This document shows, in pieces, positions 1 to 9,432 of a stretch of 64,000 bases of DNA. Positions within the stretch are counted from its first letter, which is position 1; each line of letters begins with the position of its first letter. The stretch lies in contig JAJYTC010000001.1 in assembly GCA_021793275.1 (NCBI GenBank), positions 26,045-90,044 of the forward strand. The letters are read 5' to 3'. Below the pieces are notes generated by a model, which saw nothing but the letters and a program-made list of their open reading frames with translations, was not told where the DNA came from and ran no database searches. Source of the stretch: Deltaproteobacteria bacterium. Lineage in GTDB: Bacteria > Desulfobacterota > Syntrophobacteria > Syntrophobacterales > Syntrophobacteraceae. A program made the translations under genes and the position numbers.

Positions 1-136
1 CGGTTTTGGTCGCCCTGACGGTCGATTTTGTTCGACCCTTCCCGCTCCCTCCTTCCAACCACCTCGAAATATCGGTTTACCTGAAAGGACAGTCGTGTTT
101 AATTTACAGGTTCGATGATGTTCTACGGGAGAATCC

Positions 137-1186
137 ATGCTTACGTTCGACGATTTCGCAAAAAAATGGAAAATCGACCCCGCTCCTCTCAAGCCTGTTG
201 CCCGTCGCTATCCGTTCAGGCTGCACTCCTACTTCGAAGGGCTTATTCACACAAACGACGACGCCATATGGAAACAGGCGGTTCCTGACGCTCACGAACT
301 CTCCGACCTCTCCGGCTTCGAGGACCCGCTTTCGGAAGAAAAGCTCTCGCCCGTGCCCGATCTGGTGCACAGGTACCCCAACCGCGTCTTATGGCTTGTG
401 AGCGACCGATGCGCCCTGCATTGCAGGTTCTGTACACGCAAGAGAAGGTGGGCGGAGAGCCGGTCGCCTAAAAATCCGCCGGATCTTAAACCCGCCCTGG
501 ACTACATCGCCGCGCGAGAGCAAATCGTGGATGTGCTCCTTTCGGGCGGAGACCCTCTTCTGCTTCCCGAGGAGCGTCTTTGCGAGATTCTAAGTAAGCT
601 CCGGGAAATAAAACATGTGCAAATAATCAGGATCGGAAGCCGAGTTCCATGCGCCCTGCCCGGTGTGATTTCTCCCCGGTTGGCGGCGATGCTTTCGCAG
701 TTCCACCCGTTGTTCGTAAATATTCATTTCAACCATCCCCTGGAGGTTACGGCCGAATCCGGACGGGCATGCTCGATCCTCGCCAACGCGGGCATACCCC
801 TGGGAAGCCAGACCGTCCTGCTTCGCGGCGTAAACGATTCCGAAACGGTGCTGGCCGAACTCTTTCATAAGCTGCTATCCATCCGCGTGCGCCCATATTA
901 CCTGATGCAGATGGATCTTACGGCAGGCACAGCCCACTTTCGCACACCCGTCAGTACGGGACTGAGGATCCTTCGCACGCTTAGAAACCGGATTTCCGGG
1001 CCGGCAATGCCCCATTTTGTCATCGATCTGCCCGGAGGTCGGGGGAAAATGGCCCTGCTGCCCAATATGATCCGGGAAATAAACGACAAAGAGATGATCG
1101 TAGAGAACTATACGGGACAATCGTGTGTCTACCCGCTGCTTGAAGGAGAACAGGAGGCGCTCAAAGCCGAAATGGCCGCGCGCTGA
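137..1186 (+). CDS. KamA-family radical SAM protein (lysine 2,3-aminomutase / EpmB-like)
   Basis: 349-aa ORF. Carries the radical-SAM cluster motif 'CALHCRFCTRK', plus 'LLSGGDPLLL' and 'GSQTVLLRGVND', which are typical of the KamA family. Confidence 0.85.
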   Translation: MLTFDDFAKKWKIDPAPLKPVARRYPFRLHSYFEGLIHTNDDAIWKQAVPDAHELSDLSGFEDPLSEEKLSPVPDLVHRYPNRVLWLVSDRCALHCRFCTRKRRWAESRSPKNPPDLKPALDYIAAREQIVDVLLSGGDPLLLPEERLCEILSKLREIKHVQIIRIGSRVPCALPGVISPRLAAMLSQFHPLFVNIHFNHPLEVTAESGRACSILANAGIPLGSQTVLLRGVNDSETVLAELFHKLLSIRVRPYYLMQMDLTAGTAHFRTPVSTGLRILRTLRNRISGPAMPHFVIDLPGGRGKMALLPNMIREINDKEMIVENYTGQSCVYPLLEGEQEALKAEMAAR

Positions 1187-1247
1187 GGGGCGGAGGCGCC
1201 GCCCTCGCCAAAATCCATTCTCATTTGTTTTTCAGGGGAAGCATCTG

Positions 1248-2171
1248 ATGCAAAGTCCCTGCGAAGACAGGTCTACTATTTCGATTATGGCTGCAGATGG
1301 TGTGCGCCTCGCGTTGCATTGCCTGCCGGCAGATTCTGCCAATACCCCAATCGCCGAAGTGGTTCTCACGCACGGGACTTTCTCCAACGCGAACACATGT
1401 TTCGGGCTGGCCGGTTACCTCGCCTCAATCGGTTTCCGCTGCTGGGTGTTGGATTGGAGAGGCCACGGGGAAAGCGGCGCGGCGCCCCGGCAGACGACCT
1501 TCGACTCTGTGGCTCGCCTGGACGTTCCTGCAGCGCTGCACGCAGTGCTCGAACGTGCCGGCCCCGGTCCTGTCTTTTGGATTGGCCATAGCGGCGGAGG
1601 ACTCATTGGCGCAATGTGGGCGGCACGGAACGCAGACCTTGCGCATAGTCGGCTCCGAGGGTTTATCATGCTTGGAGTCCAGGCCTCCCTGGCGGGTGCT
1701 CGCCTGCGCAATCGTTTGATGATCCAATTTATAGATCTGCTTATGTCTGTAACCCGTTCAGCACCGGGACATTATTTTGGAATGGGACCCGAACCCGAAA
1801 ACCCTTATCTGATGCACCAGTGGTGCCGCTGGAACATAGAGGGGAGATTTTCCGGCGAGGATGAATTCGATTACACGGCTGCATTGAGAAACTTGCGAAT
1901 TCCGGTGCTGGCGCTGTCAGGGGCTGGAGATACATTCATTGCGCCTTCAGAGGGATGCAGGCAACTTGCATACGCCTTCAGCGGACCCGATATCACATTC
2001 CATCTGTGCGGAATCGCAACAGGGTTTTCAGAGAATTACAAGCATGATCGCCTCATTCTATCCAAGCCGGCCAGCCGCGAAATCTGGCCGATGCTGGCGG
2101 ATTGGATGAACAAACGGCTTCAACCCGTGCAAGTCCAATCCGGCAAAAGGAGGCAGACAAAGGCACAATAA
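1248..2171 (+). CDS. alpha/beta-fold hydrolase
   Basis: The ORF track starts at 1125, but an ATG at 1248 lies after the upstream stop. It has an 'HGTFSN' oxyanion-type motif and a 'GHSGGG' nucleophile elbow (GxSxG). Confidence 0.75.
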   Translation: MQSPCEDRSTISIMAADGVRLALHCLPADSANTPIAEVVLTHGTFSNANTCFGLAGYLASIGFRCWVLDWRGHGESGAAPRQTTFDSVARLDVPAALHAVLERAGPGPVFWIGHSGGGLIGAMWAARNADLAHSRLRGFIMLGVQASLAGARLRNRLMIQFIDLLMSVTRSAPGHYFGMGPEPENPYLMHQWCRWNIEGRFSGEDEFDYTAALRNLRIPVLALSGAGDTFIAPSEGCRQLAYAFSGPDITFHLCGIATGFSENYKHDRLILSKPASREIWPMLADWMNKRLQPVQVQSGKRRQTKAQ

Positions 2172-2282
2172 GATCTGTCCGCAGATTTCTAAAGGAAGCG
2201 GGAGTCAGGCCGTAAAAACGAAACACACACAAAGTATGCGCCGGTTGGCGTTATATTGGCAGGTTTGGCCATTATAAATATT

Positions 2283-2660
2283 ATGAAATATAAAAAATAT
2301 GTCGCCACCGTGGAACTTGATGCCGAAGCCGGATTGTTCCACGGTGAGATTATCAATCTCAGCGATGTTGTAACCTTCCAGGGCCGCTCTATCGATGAAC
2401 TGAGACAAGCCTTCAAAGAATCCGTTGAGGACTATCTGGAGGCCTGCGCAGAGTTCGGAAAAGAACCGGAAAAGCCATTCACGGGACAGTTCGTCGTCAG
2501 AGTCCGGCCGGAGGTGCATCGGGCAGCCGTTCTCGCCGCGAAGACTGAAAATAAAAGTTTGAATGCCCGGGTAGCGGAGAAACTGGAACAAGCCGCCTGC
2601 GGTGATATTGCCACGTCTAAGCAAAAAGCACATACGCGCCGCATTGAGAATTGCTTCTGA
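2283..2660 (+). CDS. hicB: HicB-family antitoxin with no adjacent HicA
   Basis: 'MKYKKYVATVELDAEAGLFHGEI...ELRQAFKESVEDYLEACAEFGKEPEKPFTGQFVVRVRPEVH' matches the HicB N-domain plus C-terminal RHH layout. The 110 nt upstream hold no HicA-sized ORF. Confidence 0.7.
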   Translation: MKYKKYVATVELDAEAGLFHGEIINLSDVVTFQGRSIDELRQAFKESVEDYLEACAEFGKEPEKPFTGQFVVRVRPEVHRAAVLAAKTENKSLNARVAEKLEQAACGDIATSKQKAHTRRIENCF

Positions 2661-2686
2661 AACGCACCTTTGCATATCAGGCCTGG

Positions 2687-2977
2687 TTAAGCTACTTTGG
2701 GCGTCAGGCGCTCAACATTGATACCGGCTGCGCGTTCGCGTAAATGCGCCAAATCATAGTTCATCTGCATCCTGAGCCACGTCTCGGCCGTACCGCCGAA
2801 AGCCTTTTCAAAACGGATCGCCATTTCGGGTGTAACGTTGCTTCGCCCTGCAATCACGTTGTGAAGGTGCTGGCGGGTTATGCCAAGCCCTTTTGCGGCT
2901 TCGGCAACGCTCAAGCCAAGGTCGTCCAGACACTCCTTGACGAGAAGGCCGGGATGTACAGGGTTTTTCATTTCCAT
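2687..2977 (-). CDS. higA: HigA-family antitoxin (XRE HTH)
   Basis: 'NPVHPGLLVKECLDDLGLSVAEAAKGLGITRQHLHNVIAGRSNVTPEMAIRFEKAFGGTAETWLRMQMNYDL' is the canonical HigA sequence. It begins 13 nt downstream of higB on the same strand. Confidence 0.85.
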   Translation of the reverse strand: MEMKNPVHPGLLVKECLDDLGLSVAEAAKGLGITRQHLHNVIAGRSNVTPEMAIRFEKAFGGTAETWLRMQMNYDLAHLRERAAGINVERLTPKVA

Positions 2978-2990
2978 GGTTTCGCCTCCA

Positions 2991-3269
2991 TCAGTGATAA
3001 TCGACAAAATCCACGTCGAAGGCGTTTCCATCTTCGAACCGGAAAATGATCCGCCAATTCGCGCGGACAGTGACGGCGTAAACGCCTTTCAAATCCCCTT
3101 TAAGGGCGTGCAGGCGGAATGTCGGTAAGTTCATGCCTTCAATTTCCTCCGACGCATGCAGGGCGGAAAGGATTAGCCTAATCCGCGCCAACAAGTTCGG
3201 CGGCAATTTGCTGCCGTCATCATCCTCAAACAACCGCCGCAATCCCTTATGTCGAAAGGTTTTTATCAT
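2991..3269 (-). CDS. higB: HigB toxin (RelE/ParE superfamily, 'plasmid maintenance system killer')
   Basis: The 92-aa product 'MIKTFRHKGLRRLFEDDD...LHALKGDLKGVYAVTVRANWRIIFRFEDGNAFDVDFVDYH' is a typical HigB. The toxin-first gene order is also typical. Confidence 0.85.
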   Translation of the reverse strand: MIKTFRHKGLRRLFEDDDGSKLPPNLLARIRLILSALHASEEIEGMNLPTFRLHALKGDLKGVYAVTVRANWRIIFRFEDGNAFDVDFVDYH

Positions 3270-3278
3270 CGGCCAGTA

Positions 3279-3306
3279 TTGTAAAGTGGAAAATTACATT
3301 TTACAA
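3279..3306. promoter_or_regulatory. inverted repeat TTGTAAA-N13-TTTTACAA, candidate HigA operator
   Basis: The palindrome lies 10-37 nt upstream of the higB start codon, inside an AT-rich patch. Confidence 0.35.
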
Positions 3307-3646
3307 CCGTTTTCCGCATTTTTTCCGCATTTTCCCTCTCGCCCGTCATTGAACTGAGCCTTCGGAAGTTCCCATCTCCCCCTGCTCAATTTCGCGAGTG
3401 GCCCGGACAACTCGTTGTCTGCGTTAGGAAGACTAGAGGGATGATCGTAGCGTCTCCTCTTGCGCTATGCGCATGGGCAACGGAGTTGCCCATGCCACCC
3501 ACGTCTTGCGTTTTCCGCCCTTGATCCGCGAGCTGGGTGTCGATCACAACGCGTGAAAAAGCTTCATTGCCATCAGCCATCCGCCCCTTTTTCCCCTTTC
3601 GGCTTTCGCATGGATCCAGATCATGTCTTCAGGATTCCCTCCGCCT

Positions 3647-3826
3647 CTATTCCGGCGCATGTTCCGCAAAACGCGTCACCTCGATGCTGCCGGCGCGCTG
3701 TACGGCTTGCCACAGATCATATTGCATCTGCAGCCTCAGCCAGGTCTCGGCGCTGCTCCCGAAAGCCTTCGACAGGCGGATCGCCATTTCCGGCGAGACG
3801 CCGCTATGCCCATTGATAAGCGCGGA
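3647..3826 (-). pseudogene. C-terminal remnant of a second HigA-like antitoxin (HTH part missing)
   Basis: The minus-strand frame reads '..LINGHSGVSPEMAIRLSKAFGSSAETWLRLQMQYDLWQAVQRAGSIEVTRFAEHAPE*'. It is preceded by an in-frame TAA and has no start codon. It is paralogous to higA at 2687-2977. Confidence 0.6.
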
Positions 3827-3856
3827 TTATCATTTATCACCCATAACATAGAGCAG

Positions 3857-4813
3857 TCAGGATGAACGAATCTCGGGCACAGCCGGCCAGCCGGCCGGGA
3901 CCGGGGCTTCGAGGTTTAGAACTTTGCCCGAAATCGGATGCTTTAGCGCGAGTCTCCAGGCGTGCAGGTACAACCGGTTGTCGGGTTTTGCGCCGTAGGC
4001 GCGGTCGCCCGCAACGGGATGGCCCGCCCGGGCAAGGTGGATTCTTATCTGGTGGGTCCTGCCCGTAACGGGGACCGCCGATACCAGAGAGCGGCCCTCC
4101 TGCCGGGCCAATACAGTGAAAAACGTCCGGGCCGGTTTGCCCTCGCCCTTTCCTACCGCCTTATATTTTCCCCCTGCTTTCCCGATATCCGAATCGTCTG
4201 TCCAGGATTCGTTTTCGGGAAAACCCTCCACCCAGGCCAGATATTCCTTCTTCACTTTTCTTTCCCGGAAGGCCCTGCCGAGCGGCTCATTGACCTTCCT
4301 GTCGAGCGCAAAGAGCAATACCCCGCTCGTTTCCATATCGAGCCTGTGATGAAGGGCGGCGTAGCGCCCACCGGTTTTTTCCGCCAAAAGAAAGCGCAGA
4401 AGCGCAGCAAATACGTTGTTGTAGGCGTCGAAGGGGACCTGCTGGCTTGGAATGCCGGCTTCCTTATCGTAGGCAAGCAAAAAGCGGTCGCGAAAAATCA
4501 CGCGGGATGGATCGATTTCGTAGAAGCGGCGGGTACCGTAAGAGGGAAAGGCGGCGAAAATCTCCTCTCCTCCGGACAGCCTCATCGAAGGATCGCGCTC
4601 CATCCGCCCCCGAACATAGACCGAACCGAAGTCGATCAGGTCGACCGCTTTCTCTTTTGAAATCGCGAGATAACCGGAAACGGCTTCCGCCAGTTCGAGG
4701 CCCTTTTCCTTTCCGCCGGCGCGCCACCTGAATTCGGAGGGACCCACGCCGGACCCGGCGCTTCTCTTTAGACGCCGCGGGAATACGGGACCTCGATCTT
4801 CGTCATTCATCAT
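3857..4813 (-). CDS. RluA-family pseudouridine synthase
   Basis: Contains 'HRLDMETSGVLLFA' with the catalytic Asp, plus 'GRTHQIRIHLA', and has an S4-like N-terminus. Confidence 0.85.
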   Translation of the reverse strand: MMNDEDRGPVFPRRLKRSAGSGVGPSEFRWRAGGKEKGLELAEAVSGYLAISKEKAVDLIDFGSVYVRGRMERDPSMRLSGGEEIFAAFPSYGTRRFYEIDPSRVIFRDRFLLAYDKEAGIPSQQVPFDAYNNVFAALLRFLLAEKTGGRYAALHHRLDMETSGVLLFALDRKVNEPLGRAFRERKVKKEYLAWVEGFPENESWTDDSDIGKAGGKYKAVGKGEGKPARTFFTVLARQEGRSLVSAVPVTGRTHQIRIHLARAGHPVAGDRAYGAKPDNRLYLHAWRLALKHPISGKVLNLEAPVPAGWPAVPEIRSS

Positions 4814-5180
4814 AGCCGCCGGCGCCCGAATCGCCGCCGCCGCCGCCCTCCATGCCGTCTTTTTCCGCCATCGCCTCGTCCATCATCTCGTCCACGTCGA
4901 AGTCATCGCCCAACTCGTCGCCCATTTCCCTGCTCATGGACTTCATCCATCTCGCCATGCTTTTGGGATCGTTTTCATCGAGTCCCGAGAGGCGGGCCGG
5001 ATCGGCCAGCCGCTCCATGCGAGTCTCCTCGGACATTCGGACCCTGACCCGGGACGGGACCCTGTAAACCTCCGCGCTGCCGCAGTGCCGACACACGGCA
5101 GAAACATCCTCGGAAACGCTGAAGGTTATTATTTCGGATTTCCGCTTGCACTTCCGACACAGATACTCGTAGATCGGCAT
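4803..5180 (-). CDS. FmdB-family zinc-ribbon protein with an acidic, Gly-rich tail
   Basis: 'MPIYEYLCRKCKRKSE...CRHCGS' is the FmdB/CxxC-CxxC signature. A GGAGG sits about 10 nt upstream of the ATG at 5180. Confidence 0.75.
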   Translation of the reverse strand: MPIYEYLCRKCKRKSEIITFSVSEDVSAVCRHCGSAEVYRVPSRVRVRMSEETRMERLADPARLSGLDENDPKSMARWMKSMSREMGDELGDDFDVDEMMDEAMAEKDGMEGGGGGDSGAGGYDE

Positions 5181-5274
5181 TTGAAGATGACCTCCCTGCG
5201 GATGTCTCCTGCACTCAGCCACGATTCCAACCCGGGCGAAAGGCGCCATTTTGAAGCCGTGACTGAGTCCAGGG

Positions 5275-5931
5275 TTAGATGATCACATACTTTTTTATCG
5301 TATGGACTACCTCGTCGGGATCGTCGAGAAGCGTCACTATATCGAGGTCCTCGGGCGAGATGAATTTTCCATCCATAAGAGTGTTTTTAATCCACTCGAT
5401 CAGCCCCCCCCAGTAATGAGTTCCAACAAGAATGACGGGGAAAGGCTTTATTCGTTTGGTCTGGATGAGGGTGAGCGCCTCGAAGATCTCGTCGAGCGTG
5501 CCGAACCCTCCGGGCATTCCTATATAGGCTTGGGCATATTTGACGAACATCACTTTGCGGACGAAAAAATATTGGAAATCCAGCTTCATAGTAGAAAATG
5601 GGTTGGGAGACTGTTCGAAGGGAAGCACGATATTAAGGCCGACCGATTTAGCCCCTCCATCTTTTGCGCCCTTGTTTCCGGCCTCCATCACCCCCGGCCC
5701 TCCGCCGGTAATCACATGATAGCCGTGGGTGGCCAATTTTTTGGCGATCTCGTAAGTTAATTCATAAGCCTCATCGCCGGGCTTTACCCTGGCCGATCCG
5801 AAAATGGTAACGGCCGGGTAAATGCTGTCGAGCGTTTCGAAACCTTCGACAAATTCGGCCATAATCTTGAAAAGGCGCCAGGAGTTGCCGGCGTTTATCG
5901 AATCGACCACATACTGCTGCTTATCGGACAT
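5275..5931 (-). CDS. LOG-family (TIGR00730) nucleotide phosphoribohydrolase
   Basis: Contains 'ITGGGPGVMEAGNKGA' and the 'PGGFGTLDE' motif. Confidence 0.85.
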   Translation of the reverse strand: MSDKQQYVVDSINAGNSWRLFKIMAEFVEGFETLDSIYPAVTIFGSARVKPGDEAYELTYEIAKKLATHGYHVITGGGPGVMEAGNKGAKDGGAKSVGLNIVLPFEQSPNPFSTMKLDFQYFFVRKVMFVKYAQAYIGMPGGFGTLDEIFEALTLIQTKRIKPFPVILVGTHYWGGLIEWIKNTLMDGKFISPEDLDIVTLLDDPDEVVHTIKKYVII

Positions 5932-6211
5932 AAAAAATCTTCCCCTATCCGCTGCGTTGAACACTGGGAAATGAAAGTTTTAATTGCTATTACCTGTTTT
6001 ACACACCAGCTAATAATTATATTTAAGCGTCGTAATTTCAACAAGGAAAGAGTTGGAGACCGCTTTTTGCGACGCTCCAGGCAGATGAATTATAAAGTTG
6101 AACGCATGGCGCTAATGAGCTATTCTGCCCGGCTTGAATGCATTTTTTGAGGCTTTTCAAACGCTTGCTTTTCTGCTGAGAACAGGCCGTTTGTATAAAG
6201 GAGGGTATTCG

Positions 6212-6484
6212 ATGGAAATGAAAGAGTTCGTCAGGGCGGCCCTGAAAAAGGTTGCACAAAAAATTCGCGACGGCATCCTGGACAAACACGAGGAAGGTTA
6301 CGACGATCCGGAGGAGATGCTTCTCGACTGGGTATGGATCGAATTGAAGGAGGAATCTCCCGACAAGGATACCGTATTAAACATGGACCTGGACGATCTC
6401 TATGAATTGATTGAGAGTTCGGCCGATACGTACGAGGATTATTACATCCTCCTGGATTTACTGAAGGCCGAGGTGGAACACTGA
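6212..6484 (+). CDS. small acidic hypothetical protein
   Basis: An AGGAGG precedes the ATG at 6212. The 90-aa product is very acidic and a terminator follows. I recognise no family. Confidence 0.5.
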   Translation: MEMKEFVRAALKKVAQKIRDGILDKHEEGYDDPEEMLLDWVWIELKEESPDKDTVLNMDLDDLYELIESSADTYEDYYILLDLLKAEVEH

Positions 6485-6506
6485 AAGGCGGACATGCCCG
6501 CCCAAC

Positions 6507-6534
6507 AAGCGCTCTTTTGCGGAGCGCTTTTTTT
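6507..6534 (+). terminator. rho-independent terminator
   Basis: An 8-bp stem (AAGCGCTC/GAGCGCTT) with a 7-nt loop, followed by a T-run. Confidence 0.6.
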
Positions 6535-6559
6535 ATTGTCTCAGCATCGGAGCAAAAGT

Positions 6560-7726
6560 ATGAGGACATTGACCCTCCACCCCGGTCGCGAACGGCGTAT
6601 TTTGAAGGGACACAGATGGGTGTTCGGAAACGAGGCGGCCGACCCGCTCCATGACTTTGAGCCGGGAAGCTGGGTTGAAGTGGTCTCGGCTAAAGGCGCG
6701 CCACTTGGCATCGGCTATATCAATCCCTCATCGCTCATAGCCGTGCGCATCGTTTGCCCGCCCGGCAAAAAACCCGATGAAGATTTCTTCCGGCAGGCGC
6801 TGCTGGATGCGGCAAGTTTTCGTCAATTCCTCTACCCCGGCGATGAAACCTGCCGTCTTGTTTTCGGCGAATCCGACGGCCTTCCGGGTCTTGTGGTGGA
6901 CCGCTACGCAGATGTTCTGGTCTACCAGGCCGCAACGCTGGGCATGGCAAAGATGGAGCAACTTATCCGGGAATTGCTCTGCGATCTTTTCAAGCCCTCG
7001 GCGCTGGTTTTTCGAAATGACTCTGCCTCGCGCGCCATCGAAGGCCTCGGACTGGAAAAAGGAGTGGCCTCGGGAAACCTGCCCGGCGAAATTCCGGTCC
7101 AAATTGACGGGATCCGGTATCTCGTTGACGTCCTGGGAGGACAGAAAACGGGGATGTACCTGGACCAGAGGGACAACAGAAATGCATCCAGACGCTGGAT
7201 GAAGGACAAAAAAGTTCTCGATCTTTTCTGCTACAACGGCGCATGGAGCCTTTCGGCGCTGGCAGGAGGAGCGGCTGAGGCAGTGGGTGTCGATCAGTCC
7301 GCCGATGCCGTCGAGCAGGCGACCGGAAACGCGGAACTGAACGGCTTCGCCGGCCGCTCGTCTTTTATTGCAGCCAATGTCTTCGATTATCTCAAACGGG
7401 TCCCCAGGGCATCTTTCGACGTGATTGTGCTCGATCCGCCCGCGTTCGCCAAGACCAGGTCGGCCATATCGGAAGCAAGGAAGGGATATACCGACATAAA
7501 CCGCAGGGCGCTTTTGGCCCTTAAACCCGGCGGAATCCTCATCACTTCCTCGTGCTCCTACCACATGAGCGAAGAGCTGTTCCAGGACGCGCTTATCTCC
7601 GCCGGGCAGGCAAGCGGAAGGCGGCTTCGCCTGCTCCTTGCCCGCGGCCAGTCGCTGGACCACCCCGTCCTTCTGGCCATGCCCGAAACAAGGTATTTGA
7701 AATGCTTCGTGGTGGAAGCATCCTGA
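6560..7726 (+). CDS. class I SAM-dependent rRNA methyltransferase, RlmI-like (PUA + MTase)
   Basis: 'RILKGHRWVFGNE' marks a PUA-like N-terminus. 'VLDLFCYNGAWS' is SAM motif I, and 'VLDPPAFAK' is the catalytic motif. Confidence 0.8.
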   Translation: MRTLTLHPGRERRILKGHRWVFGNEAADPLHDFEPGSWVEVVSAKGAPLGIGYINPSSLIAVRIVCPPGKKPDEDFFRQALLDAASFRQFLYPGDETCRLVFGESDGLPGLVVDRYADVLVYQAATLGMAKMEQLIRELLCDLFKPSALVFRNDSASRAIEGLGLEKGVASGNLPGEIPVQIDGIRYLVDVLGGQKTGMYLDQRDNRNASRRWMKDKKVLDLFCYNGAWSLSALAGGAAEAVGVDQSADAVEQATGNAELNGFAGRSSFIAANVFDYLKRVPRASFDVIVLDPPAFAKTRSAISEARKGYTDINRRALLALKPGGILITSSCSYHMSEELFQDALISAGQASGRRLRLLLARGQSLDHPVLLAMPETRYLKCFVVEAS

Positions 7727-7732
7727 AAGAGC

Positions 7733-8899
7733 TCAGTCCACGGTCTTTTCGAGCAGTTCGCCCCGATTGCCGTTTAGCCAGTAGCGAACCGGGTTACCGG
7801 TCCGCATTCCGGTCGAGCCAAGGTTTCTCACCTTTCCTTCGCGCTCCAGGTCGAGAAACGCCTTTTGAAAATCATCCATGAACCACCCGGTCTCCTCCAG
7901 CATATCGGCGAACTCCGAAACCCCGAACTGTTTCGGAGTACTCGACAGCCTCGCCAGCCAGTACTCCTTTACTTCCGCCGGGTCGGCTGAAGTCGAATCC
8001 CCTATCAGCTTATCGGCCGAAAAGATCTCGAGCTGCCGGCTTCGCTTGACTTTCTCCGATTGCACGGCAAGCGCCAGCATCTTTCTCTGTTCGTTTTCCA
8101 GCCGTTCTGAGGCCTCCATGAAAGCCACCACACCCAGAGGATCCCATGTAAGGTATACCAGTTCGCTTACCGTGCGGCTTTTTCCCCCGGGCAGGACCCT
8201 CATGTGCGCGCAACGCGGGATCGCACCTCCGATTATGGGGGCGCAAGCTTTGAGTTCCCTGCGGTAGAGACTGGTTAAGAGCCTGTCGCCTTCAAGCGCT
8301 GCATCGCCCGAAACACCCGGCGCGCCGCCCAATACCGCCTTCATATGCTCTTCGAGGCTGGGTAGACCACGAGGACTGCGAGTGGAATCGAACAGCAGAT
8401 TCATGAGAAATTCGGAAGAGGGTCTGGCCATAAGAGGCCCGAGGTTTTGAAGCGCGATATGCCTCCATTCCGCCGCGTCGATAAAGTACAAACAAAAATC
8501 GCGGTCTCCGCACCACGACAGAATCTGTTTTTGCAGATCGCAGAAATCACCCTTTAGACAATTAGCATCGACGCCGCTCCAGGATTCGGTTTTCAGGAAA
8601 TTTTCGAGCCTGTCGAAAGATTCGGAGTCCCTTTCGATGAACAGAGCGCGAAATTGAACGTGCTTCCTGAATTGTTCGGAAAGCGCGTTATGGCATTTTT
8701 CGATGATACCGAGAGAAACGGCGACAGGGGTGCTTTCCGGTTTCTGCCCGTCCTTCCCCCAGGGCTCGGCGGAACAGTCCACATAGCAGACCCTTGGGGC
8801 CTTCTGGCCGATGATCATAAACAGCGGCTCAAGGTAAGCTTTCAGCAACTCAAGTTTGATATACTCCTTTTCTTTCACCGTATGGCTCGCAGCGCTCAT
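7733..8899 (-). CDS. hypothetical protein with a TcmP-like (three-Cys-motif partner) N-terminal domain and a winged-helix-like C-terminus
   Basis: A GGAGGGGGG RBS precedes the ATG at 8899. The motif order 'HTVKEK..LLKAYL', 'YVDCSAEPWGKD..STP', 'ALFIERD', 'CLYFIDAAEW' parallels the TcmP family as I recall it. The glycine loop is degenerate. Confidence 0.4.
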   Translation of the reverse strand: MSAASHTVKEKEYIKLELLKAYLEPLFMIIGQKAPRVCYVDCSAEPWGKDGQKPESTPVAVSLGIIEKCHNALSEQFRKHVQFRALFIERDSESFDRLENFLKTESWSGVDANCLKGDFCDLQKQILSWCGDRDFCLYFIDAAEWRHIALQNLGPLMARPSSEFLMNLLFDSTRSPRGLPSLEEHMKAVLGGAPGVSGDAALEGDRLLTSLYRRELKACAPIIGGAIPRCAHMRVLPGGKSRTVSELVYLTWDPLGVVAFMEASERLENEQRKMLALAVQSEKVKRSRQLEIFSADKLIGDSTSADPAEVKEYWLARLSSTPKQFGVSEFADMLEETGWFMDDFQKAFLDLEREGKVRNLGSTGMRTGNPVRYWLNGNRGELLEKTVD

Positions 8900-9095
8900 T
8901 AGACCCCCCTCCAGGTTAATCGCACTCTGCCCTTCCCGGCTTATCCGCCGGATGACCAAAACCTCCATTCTATTTCTCGACCTATTTTCAAGATTGAATT
9001 ATTATTGCAGAATAGTTGGTCTCGGCACAATTTTTTTATTTCACATTATTGATATATGCTGTATAGATCAACGAAAATACCGACAGGAGCCGAAA

Positions 9096-9278
9096 ATGCT
9101 GGAACTCCTTTGTGGGAAAGACCCCATGGAATTAGGGATGAAGACTTGCGAAGGATGGAATATTACAGTATTTCTGGATCACCTGCGCTCATGCGAAAAA
9201 TGTTCTAAATCCCAGGAAAGCCTGATAAACAAACTCAACAGCATAATAGGCGGCGAGGACCAGAGCGAAGACGGTTGA
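9096..9278 (+). CDS. 60-aa hypothetical with a zf-HC2-like 'HLRSCEKC' motif
   Basis: A CAGGAG sits upstream of the ATG. The ORF lies just after the AT-rich divergent spacer. Support is only ORF plus motif. Confidence 0.4.
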   Translation: MLELLCGKDPMELGMKTCEGWNITVFLDHLRSCEKCSKSQESLINKLNSIIGGEDQSEDG

Positions 9279-9432
9279 GGGCGGTCAGGTTCGCCCCGGC
9301 CTGCGTCGAAAGGCTATTGCTCCGTGCGGTCGAAGTGTTTACTTTGCAAAAAGTTCGCCTGAAAAAGCGCAATCGAAGCGTTTATCTTTTTTCATGGTTT
9401 TTCCGGAACTCTTTTGACAAAGGAACACTGAA

